A model generated the notes under the pieces. The model searched no databases and was not told the origin of the DNA. It was given only the letters and a program-made list of their open reading frames with translations. A DNA stretch of 64,000 nucleotides from Antedon mediterranea. Lineage: Eukaryota; Animalia; Echinodermata. The translations under genes and the position numbers were made by a program. The first letter of the stretch is position 1. The number at the start of each line of letters is the position of its first letter. The stretch is taken from positions 23,082,871 through 23,146,870 of the forward strand of contig NC_092676.1 of the NCBI RefSeq assembly GCF_964355755.1. The letters run 5' to 3'. Below are positions 40,010 through 50,007 of this stretch, piece by piece.

Positions 40010-43000
40010 ATGGCGACGATCGTAAGATTTCAAAGTTTATTTAGCAATATTTCTTCAAAACACAAACTAGTTAAGAGTGTTAAACAATGTGTCAGACGAT
40101 CCTCAGGAGATGCAAAAACATCAGCTGCAGGAGAAGTAAAAGAACAAACATGGCTTCAATATTTTTGTAGGTAAGAAATGACGCATCGGCTAGACTAGCA
40201 AAACAAGTGCATTTCTGAAAAGTCCCCCAAGAAAAATTGGTTTGATCCGCTCCTACTAGAGCACAGTCTCTGATAGGCATAGCCTAGCATTTTACTAGTG
40301 TTCAGGCTAGAACTACTATTAGTATTAGGCCTAGGCCTAGTAATAATCAAATAATAAATATATTAATACTACACTGAGAAAGACTGAGTTTAAGGTAATG
40401 CTGTTTACTTAGGTTAGTAACTATTGTATGTAGGCTAGGCCTAGCCTAGGTAGGCTAATTAATATTAATAATAATAATAATTAATATTTTTTATTTAACA
40501 TCAACCACAAACGTTTTCTAGGCTAATAAATAAAGATAAATAAATAACTGAAAGAGAATTATCGTGTAATATAGGCCTACTACTGTAGTTCTATCAAGGC
40601 AATCTAACAACAAGATGATGAGCTCCGAAGATCATAGGGTTTATCTGTGGCTGCGACACGATCAGTTCCACGCCCCTTCTTGACAGGCACTGCGCGTCGC
40701 TGAGAATATGTGCATAATACAGTACTGTTGGTATTTGTCACAGCCAGACATCAAATGACTGTTCCTATCTTGGCAATGCGAGCTCAGTGTCCTGTTGTTA
40801 GATTGCCTTAGTTCTAATACTAACTAAGTGTTATGCCTATTTAGACCAGTATAGTATTCAGACCAGTATAATATTCTATTTCAACATTATTACATATCAT
40901 CATTATTACAGAATTGTATTTCATATTTTGTGAATTCATTATTTTCTTTTTTTTTCCCATCATGACCCATTCTTTCGTCATCAAACAACAGTACTGTAAG
41001 TATTTTTCTCTTATTAATTAATAATATTTTACAGAGGTACGGTAATAGAAAATTGCAATATGTCTGTCGTTAATTCAAAATAATACTATTCACATTTTAA
41101 ATTGTTTTGTATGAATCATTTCAGGTCGGACCAACACTGGTTCTTAGCTATAGGTAGGGATTCACGACCATGAATTTATCTGAAGTTGGGGATAATAAAC
41201 TTTTATTAAATTAAATTCAGTTCCCTCTTGTGTTTTCCTGCCACTCTAAATTTGTGGTTGCTTATTTTATTTTGTGGTTTATGATGTTTTATGACAATAA
41301 AGAATAAGATTATTTCAAATATTAAGCAGAATGTATTATCTCATTGCTTTGATGTATTCAATATATATTATGTTTGTCATAACATTTCATAAACTTGTTG
41401 TACATTTTTTAAATGACATACAGTAAATATTTTCTTTTTTTTTTATTAAATTTCAGCAATTTTGGGGACCAGGTATGAATATTTTGTTTTACTATTTTAC
41501 AATTTCATATGATGATTATCTAAATCTTTCACTGCAGTGTTTCAAAAGATATGTTTTAGTAGAATACAAAATCAAAGATCTACAAAAGTGAAATCCAGTG
41601 GAAACCTCTGCTATTTACCGTACTCAAACTTTTTGATATTTTATAACATCAATAAATGTATTGATTTTCAGGTCTTAGCTTTCGAAACACATACAATGTT
41701 ACTGGGCTGAATTAAGCTCTGTCTACACTATCAAACTAAATATAGTAGTGATATGACATCATCATGTCCATATATCACATTTTTTGTCGCATAAATTTTG
41801 ATAGTGTAGACAGAGCTTTAAAAGCTTAATTTATATATTGTTTTTAATTTAAAAGTTATATCACTATCAAATACATTTTTTAAATTTCATAAAATTATCT
41901 CTTAGTACTAGCAGGCCTTGTCTTTTAAGGCGAGCGAGTGCGATCACTCACACACTCCTAAACTGCCCTCAAAGAGTGTGATTTACAACACGCTTAAATT
42001 TGGTAAACTTCTACACACCAAAATACAAACAGCGTCCCTGAATGTTATTGAGGAGTGCAATTTGTAGCACACCTATAATTTTCAAAAGACAAGGCCAGCT
42101 CTAGTAATTTGCATTGCTGGTAGTTTATAAAATTGAATGGTATCAGGTCATATGATTTAATGAATGGATATGAATATTTATTTGGAGACAATTAGAATGT
42201 ATAAATGCTGCCCTCTATATTTATCAGTCCATTAAATTAGTGTTCATTGACAATAGCTATTCATTTCATAATTGTTGAATCATGAGAACAACATTTTCTC
42301 TGACAGGCTGTAAATTTTAACATTTAATTTGTGTAGATGGCTTGGTAAAAACTGTTTTGTGTTGAATTACATTGAATTTCAGTACATTCATTTCACCCAA
42401 TTAACAAAATACAGTGGCAAGGACCCAACCTTTATATTTGTAGAACATGTTTTCATTTTCAAATTCATTAGATTATATTTAATTATTATTATTTTTTTTT
42501 ATTAAAAATTATATTACAAAATACAGTAGAACTCCTATTAAGGGAACACCTTCTGGTCCCAACAAATTGCCCCTTTAATAGGGGTTGATTCAACCATTTG
42601 GCACACTCAAAAGCCTCCCTGTCCCCTTAATAGTGGTTTCCCCTGAGTAGAGATGTCCCCTGAGTAGTGGTGTCCACTGAGTAGTGGTGTCCCCTGAGTA
42701 GTGGTGTCCACTGAGTAGTGGTGTCCACTGAGTAGAGATTTCCCCTGAGTAGAGATGTCCACTGAGTAGTGGTGTCCCCTGAGTAGTGGTGTCCACTGAG
42801 TACTGTAGTGGTGTCCCCTGAGAAGGGGTGTCCCAAGGGAGAAGTTGTACTGTATCATTTTAGCAACCCAGTACATTGCATTACATCTCCTTCATTTTCC
42901 TATATGTGTCGTGTGTGACAGTTTATAGTTACAGTAGAACCTCTATTAGGGGAAAACCTTCAGGACCAAACAACAAAACAACCCCTTGATAGAGGTGTTG

Positions 43001-46000
43001 GTCATTATACTTTCCCTCGTTCGTGTCACATGACAGTGTCCCCTTAAAGCTCAGGTACAGGCATGAAATTTTAATAAAAATTTTGGTTAATTGTACATAA
43101 ATCAAATATTTTTAACAGAAATCAAGACGAAAAAACATGAATTTCCCTTAATATATCGTCAAATATTGGCAAAATTCTTCCATAAAAACCAGGAAGACTT
43201 TTTTTCAGTAGTTGGGTGGTTAACCTAATGTAATACATGTCTGGTGACTCCCTAGAAGGTGAAAAAAGATGGTGGATATACGGTGGATAATTTTTGCTAT
43301 AGCATGAAAATAAAAATCTGAAGTTGAATAAAAATACCAGAAATGTAAAATTCAAGTTATATTACCTATATTTAGTCATCTGATAACATTTTTTACCACA
43401 CTGTTTAGTTTTCATAGCTTTTTAAAATGCCTCTCTATTTACAAAATTTGTATACAAAAGAATAGAGATTTGACTGTGTAATTTGAACTATCCCCCCACT
43501 GATAAGAAAGTGCTTATTTTTAACAAGCTTGTGTAACACAAATAAAATCCCAAAAATTATGAAACATAGGGGAAACTATAGATCGATAATTATTGGAATG
43601 TATGATCAATAGAAATTTTTTGCCCGCACCTGGCCTTTAATAGGGTGTGTCTTCTGTTTAAAGGTGATTAAAGTTCCCCGAAAGCTCCATTTATAACACC
43701 ATGATATGCACGTACAGTACCTCTATTTCCGCCCACCACCGCATTAAAAATACTTGAGTATACCTAGTGATAGTAATAGTAAAGCCATTTCCTGTAAGGA
43801 AATGATCAGCCACTGTTTATTACTTCTGTTTTGAAACAAGGCATGCATTGTCAGTGGGAAAGCCACTTCGCGTTTTGACCGTTAAATCGTGTAAAATCGA
43901 CTTACTTCCGCATTGACGATTTTGAAGCGCCACCTATCGTTGAAAACTGAAACCATGATTTTTCGTCGCCTAGCAAATAAGTGCTGTTTTATTTTAAGCT
44001 CTCATGACTATTTAAGAACCGGCCAACATTACCTATTATGGTAAAAGCATTTCCTAATAAGTATAATTGAATAACCAATCGGTTTCCTTCAAAGAAACCG
44101 AAGCTAATACAATACATTCGGCGACTGAAGTCGGGACTCGTGAAATTTATAAATGTGGTACGATTTGACTACTGTTTTATTGTCCATTTTCTGAATAGTC
44201 GGAGGTGCATCCCAAAAAATTAAAAAAATTATAATCAATTGTTTTATCAAGAATAATATTAGTTTAATCGAGTATGATATATTTCTATCCTGTTCAAAAT
44301 TTGTTGGTGTATTCTCAGGCCTCGAAAGGTAGGTACATTTTCTAGCTGTGAGCGTGGTTTCGGCAACGCGAGACACGTGTGTCAGTATAGGCGATAGCGA
44401 GACGTGTGTTGTACTGTGTTGATGCTGATCCGATAGTCGTTAAGTTGTACTGATTACGAGTATCATATTGGTCCTGGCCGGCCTAGCCTGGTGATCTGAT
44501 CCCTCCCAAAAAATACCTTTTTTCAATCAGTATAAAATAATATTATTATTTTATTTTTCATTTATTATTTGATGTATTAGGCTCAATAGATGCCTAGCTA
44601 GCTAGGCTACTAGTAGGGCTAGATTATATAAATAATAATAGCAAATACTGTAATATTAATTAATAAAATACAGCTTCCATTTGCCTTACTTTTATGTCAT
44701 CATATAATATTATAATTATATATACAACCAGACATTTAAATAATATTTATTATTTTTTCTGACACTTTCAGGAATCGTTGATGATGCAGAGTTCTTTGTC
44801 TTTGTGACTTCAAACTGAGAGTGAAGTGGATAAAAAGATGACACCGGTACCTACCGACATTGTCATACCCAAACTATAATTTAATTATTTAAAACAAAAT
44901 GTTGAATTACAAATATATGTATGTTGCAGAGGATTTAGATGAATTAAAATACAAATATTTATGTTGAATGCAAACCTACTACACTATACTCTGTAAATTA
45001 TGTTATTGTCATGTGGTAGACCTTACAAATTGAATATTTATTGTATGTTAGGCCTATTTTATATTTTATTAATACTGCATATAGTTTAATATTACTATTA
45101 ATTTATATTATACAGTACTACTAGTTTGTACATGTTTTTACCCCAAAAAAATGAATAAATAATTTGTTATTCAATCTAATTGCTTGTTTGTTCATCAATA
45201 ACAAAACAATTGTAAGCAAGTATATAACAGTTCTTGTTAGCCGCTTATTTCAGGTCATATTATTAATATTAGCTAGGCCCGACGCGCCCGATCACAACGT
45301 CACTAAGTGACTTTCCGCCCCTGGAACAATCGCTCGCTAATAGGGCTAGGCCTCGGACTCGTATAAAAGCTATTATAATAGTTATGATAAATATTCCTCA
45401 ACTAAAATGTATACTGTGATAAATAAACAAGTAATAATATATGTTGTATTGGAATGTATTTATTTATATGAATTCTTATACGCGGACAATTATAAACATC
45501 GCGTATATCGTTCGCTATAAAAAAATTCATAAACACGATGACGATGTGTTTACAAAATGGCGGTTTCGCTAGTTTTCGATGGAACAAATAGTGGTACCTT
45601 TAGTTTGAATAGTCGGAGCTGCATCCCAACCACCGAATTTTGTATCTTAATATCGTATTCTGTAGATTATTAATTTTTCTAACAGAGATTTTAAATTCAG
45701 GACTGTTCAATTTTTCTAAATATTTTATTTTAACGATTTTCTAGGGTACAATTTCGGAAAAAAGACATTGGTTGATTTTGCCGTTAAATTACAGATTATC
45801 GTTTTGTTCAAATACATTTAATTTTACATGACAATATATTAAAACCATTTATGAATTTATTTCACTAACAATATTTTTCCGATAATCAGCTAAATTTACA
45901 AATATTGTGTTTTTCCAACACCCTAAAATTTAGCAATTTTGAACTAAATTAGAAAAGTAGGGCGCCCTCTCCGAGTCGAAATTTGACACGATTTGTCGAC

Positions 46001-47403
46001 TGGCTGTCCCACTGTTGTAGTATACACATGTTAGTGAAAATCTGTTGTTTGCTATGTCATATCAAGACCTTTTTTTGTACTAGAAATATAATTGGCTTAA
46101 GTTCTTAAAAGTGGATAAGGTTTTAAAAATGCTAAAATGTCCTCCAATTTAGTTTTTATACAGTGTGAGTTTATGTATGAAAATAATAATTATTATGACT
46201 TTTATGATATAAAAAGCTAGAGAGATGATCATAATTATTTTACTGGTTTTTTTTTTAGCTGCAAACTGGGGTATACCATTGGCAGCAATGGCCGACATGA
46301 AACGGGATGCAACTATTATTAGTCCAAATATGACAGCAGGTACAGTAGTGTGTATAACAGTGCACTGATGAATCATATTTGATGTTCAATTTGATACCAT
46401 TTTTATATGCCTGAATGAACAACAATTAGTTCTAGTCTTTTTAGAGAAAATTATATCTTAATGTAAGTGGCTAAATTCACCAATTTAAGTGAGATATTTC
46501 CCACAAAAAACAACTTTTAAAACAATTTTACTTAATATTATTTCACTTAAGTCAATAATATTTTTACTTAATTCAATATTTGTTTATATTGAATGTAGTG
46601 ATAAATCTTTAAGATTCAAGTAGATACCATTCTTATGCCTGAATGAATAATGTATTCTAACTAGAGAACATTATATCTCAGTGGTTAAATTCACCAATGA
46701 TAATATTTAAGGACTTCCTTTAATTTTAAATGGGATTCAATTACTAGATAAGTTATTTTAAAGGTCTCACTTGGCTTAAGTGTGAAGAGTGAATATGGTC
46801 ACTGGCTCCACAAGTTGTCTTTGATTAAAAAGGCCTTTCAAATGAGATGAACATTGTATTTCTCATTTTCCTTACAACACAGTATTCAAATTAATGTATT
46901 ACTTTAAATAAGTAGGAAGCTTGAATAAAAAAAGTAAGTCTACAGAGATTTTGGAATTCTAGAATTTTCTAAAATATGTTTTTGTTTACTTTCTCTTTTT
47001 GTATTGCAGCATTAATGATCTATTCTTCGTTGTTTATGCGTTTTTCAATTATGGTGAAGCCGCGTAACATGCTTTTATTCAGTTGTCATTTTACAAATCT
47101 AAGCGCACAAACTGTGCAGTTGGGAAGATATATTAACCATTATTAGTAAGTATAACATGCTCATTCATGCAACAGTTCATAAGTCCAATACAGTACAATT
47201 TTTTAAATAATATATGTTAATTTAAAGTGTTTGTTATTTATGTGAAACAATAAAATGAATGAATGGTATCCGGTGTATTTTAGAATATTAAGAACAATGC
47301 GACATGTTTTACAAATATTTGATTATTTTCTTACAGTTTTCAAAAAGAAGTTAAACCAGATAATATAGAACAATCCGGAGATACTATCAGTACTGGAGTG
47401 TGA
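40010..47403 (+). CDS. MPC1: Mitochondrial pyruvate carrier 1-like, 154 aa
   Basis: Exons 40010-40170, 40992-40995 (4 nt), 41457-41472 (16 nt), 46259-46339, 47010-47145, 47337-47403. They give [25 protein letters not shown]...[43 protein letters not shown], the MPC1 signature. Confidence 0.92.
40594..40811. mobile_element. MITE with TCAAGG...CCTTAG ends and 5-bp TSD (copy 2)
   Basis: TIR core AAGGCAATCTAACAACA / TGTTGTTAGATTGCCTT; TTCTA on both flanks. Confidence 0.8.
42620..42835. repeat. 17-bp minisatellite inside a TACAGTAGAAC-type (Tc1/pogo-like) MITE
   Basis: About 11 units of GTCC(C/A)CTGAGTAG(T/A)G(G/A)T between TACAGTAGAAC (42522) and GTTGTACTGTA (~42850). Confidence 0.85.
43048..43636. 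mobile_element. Kolobok-like element nested in a TACAGTAGAACCTC MITE
   Basis: TTAA flanks; TIRs AGCTCAGGTACAGGCATGAAATTT / AGGCCAGGTGCGGGCAAAAAATTT (reverse complement). It interrupts the host motif GTCCCCTTAA|TAGGG. Confidence 0.75.
43852..46014. mobile_element. Non-autonomous TIR element with asymmetric bipartite ends, in MPC1 intron 3
   Basis: Ends CAGTGGGAAAGCCA / CAGTGGGACAGCCA (reverse complement), a second shared block AAATCGTGT.AAAT..CGACT, and TTGT on both flanks. Internal promoter-like CpG segments; no long ORF. Confidence 0.7.
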
Positions 47404-47518
47404 AATCCACCTTCTTTTAATACACTAAATCGTAAATTATAAATTAAAACATCTTTCTTGTTTTTACAATGGTTTGTGGGTAATAATTGTTTGTTTATAC
47501 TTTAAAAACAATGACTTA

Positions 47519-48446
47519 CGCCCGTATTCTTAAACCGGACTTTAGTCGTAGTTCGAGCTAAAACTAAAAAAATGACGTCATTTTAATTCATAAACAGAAC
47601 TTCAACTAAATCACCGACTAAATCAGGCCAACCTCGACTAAATCGAGACGGATTTTGATCGATTTTTTTAGTCCTGGAGGAGGCAGGCTAAATGGTCGAC
47701 TAAATGGTTTTTAAACGATGTTGATAAAAAACGTAACAGTCATTGAGTTGTTATATTGGCCAGATATTGAAGAATGAAATATCTATATTTATATTAGCTT
47801 AATTAAATATACATTGGTATAAGTTATAATAATGAAAATCATCTTTATTTACAACCGTATACAAACTACATTATTTTCTTCGCGCAAGTCCGACTTGAAC
47901 TAAGTCACGCCATAGCGACAATGGGAGATGCGGCAATTCACCACGCGATGGAATGTTTAGGGGGCCTAGCGCTTTCTTGTCACGCTAGGAAGTGCGTGGT
48001 TCGTCGCGATCATACTTTGTTGGAGGCCTAGAAAATATGAAAGTTACCGTACCGCCATGGTTCCTAAATATATTTTGAAGATTTTGTTTGTTGTTAATAA
48101 AAAGTACTTCATTGTTAAATTAATACTGATCTTGTTCTAATAATTAACGATTACAATTATTTTTCATGTATATAGTCCTGATGCGTAAAAAGTTTTGTAA
48201 GAAAATGGAAAGTGATATCAATGCGCAAAATTTCGTCTGCTCCTCAAATACTCTCTTGTCATTGGCCAATGTTTAGCCTTTGTTACCCAGACGTGTGCAA
48301 CTCGACTAAAAGCTCGACTTCATTAAGTCGAACTGCAAACTTCGACTACTTCGTTTTTGAATCGAATTTGAAGTAATAGCTCAAACTACGACTTTTTCAA
48401 GTCGAACTTTGAACTACGACTAAAGTCCGGTTTAAGAATACGGGCG
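47519..48446. mobile_element. PIF/Harbinger-like MITE
   Basis: Perfect 36-bp TIR CGCCCGTATTCTTAAACCGGACTTTAGTCGTAGTTC; flanks TTA/ATA; many internal CGACTA/TAGTCG motifs. Confidence 0.8.
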
Positions 48447-48712
48447 ATAACGTCGGATAATACATTTTAGAACTGTCAATTTATTTATTTATAGAGGATT
48501 TTATCACATAACTTTGTAGTTAAGTATTTTTTATAAATAAAAGTTTAATGTGTAACAGGACAAAGTTAAAACAAATTTTGTTTGTATGGCTGAATAGGTT
48601 TAAAATGTAATCTGTTTGGTTGAATAGCTAATGTGTTACGGTTACATGTAAGTGTTTGTCTTCAGGTGCTACTGTATCTATAGGTACAGTAAGACCCTCT
48701 CCAAAATGGAGT

Positions 48713-48885
48713 GGCGCTGTACATTGGTGGTTAACACGTTTGCCTTCCAATCCCAAGATCCAGGGGTCAATCCTGACCTAGTGCAAGGGTTGTAACTTAC
48801 AACTCTTTCAACTCCACTTCCATAGCCTTAAATGAGACTTAGTTAAGCACAATACATTATAAAATAGTTTATCCATCCTGTAATT
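48713..48885 (+). mobile_element. tRNA-derived SINE (same family as 9168)
   Basis: Head GGCGCTGTACATTGGTGGTTAACACG...GGGTCAATCC plus shared body. A truncated head also occurs at ~58540. Confidence 0.7.
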
Positions 48886-49823
48886 GCTTGCTGTTGGATG
48901 CATATGAAATAACAAAAAACCTATATATTTATTTTTTAATTTAATTTAGTGATCTCAATCTTCTTCATAACGTTTCATTCAATCCAGGCACCTTCACTGT
49001 ATAACTGGGTTTTGTATGTTCAATTAAAATTATGACCATCTTAAGTGTTATTACTTCAAATAAAAAGTTTATTTTCTACTTCTTACAAGATCCAAAAAGA
49101 TATTGTTCCGTCAACATTGAACAATGCACTTTTTAAGTCTTCTCTTAAAATGAATTCAATAAAAAACACTGTTATACAAATTGTGTGTAGATGCTCTACA
49201 CTATACCATAATTAGGTATACTGTAAACAACTCCATCATTGTTGCTTTATACCCAATTTTAATATTTTTATTATTGCAATAATGATAGTTACGTGACCTT
49301 GTGCTAATACCAATCTATCCACATTCTCAGCACGGAAAAGAGGAAAGCCCATGGGATTGTTTCTGAATTCCATAAGGTATTCATAAAACAGTTATATAAT
49401 CCATGGTAGGTGAAACGTTCAGAAGACGAGTGTTTTTTTAAAGTAACAATAACAGTAAATTATTGACTGTAACTGTGAGGATTTGGCACTCTTTTAGCAG
49501 CCAATTGTATTACTTAATCAGATGCCAAAATAGCCTAACTCAGTCGATGATTTTATCAGATAATTGAATAGATTTTTAAGATTATTGTTGTTACACAACT
49601 GTGGTTAGCAGACTGTTATACAAAATGGCTATTAGAATAGGAAGCACAATGACTTGGCAGATTTGTTTGTTCTATTTCACACACACACAAATGCTACCTA
49701 CTGTATAACAATAATAAGTATACAGTAATAAATATACTACAAAAAGCAATATACTTAAGAATTATAAAAATAACTTTAATTAAATTTAAGGGAACTGATT
49801 TTTAATTATAATAATTAGAATTT

Positions 49824-50007
49824 ATGTGATATAAAGTTTGCGGTACACCACGTATATTAGTTCTGAAAAGAACTGTTGAGTTTCTCAGGACGATCAAAGC
49901 ATATTGGTCGAAATGTCGAGAAACTCAACAGTTCTTTCCAGAACTAATATACGTGGTGTACTGCAAACTTTATATCACATTTGATTTCGCCATGCAAACC
50001 TTTAAAC
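49824..50007 (+). mobile_element. Penelope-like (pLTR) remnant: long hairpin with a degenerate hammerhead-like loop
   Basis: 63-bp inverted arms (49824-49886 / 49918-49980) around AGGACGATC-N10-GGTCGAAATGTC. A 15-bp direct repeat AATAATTAGAATTTA flanks it at 49810 and 50008. Confidence 0.6.

Noticed and set aside
41125-41153. 29-nt AG/GT-bounded segment in MPC1 intron 2
   Set aside because: It shifts the frame whether added to or substituted for the 4-nt exon, and there is no support for it as a poison exon.
42590-42876. Repetitive ORFs or a CRISPR-like array
   Set aside because: These are translations of a 17-bp minisatellite. There are no unique spacers or cas genes, and the context is eukaryotic.
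43845-43860. Bona fide ProtoRAG/Transib terminus
   Set aside because: The ends read CAGTGGG without the initial CAC heptamer, there is no 5-bp TSD, and no RAG1/RAG2-like coding sequence is visible. Only the spacer asymmetry is reminiscent.
44270-44460. U3 snoRNA-like boxes (ATTTCTAT, GAGCGTG, TTGATG, CTGA)
   Set aside because: The 5' GAC/A' box and box C' are absent, and the short matches are imperfect.
44772-44878. Selenoprotein-like read-through (SLSL-TGA-LQTESE) or C/D snoRNA
   Set aside because: There is no Sec-type motif or visible SECIS, and the C-to-D box spacing is only ~40 nt with no terminal stem.
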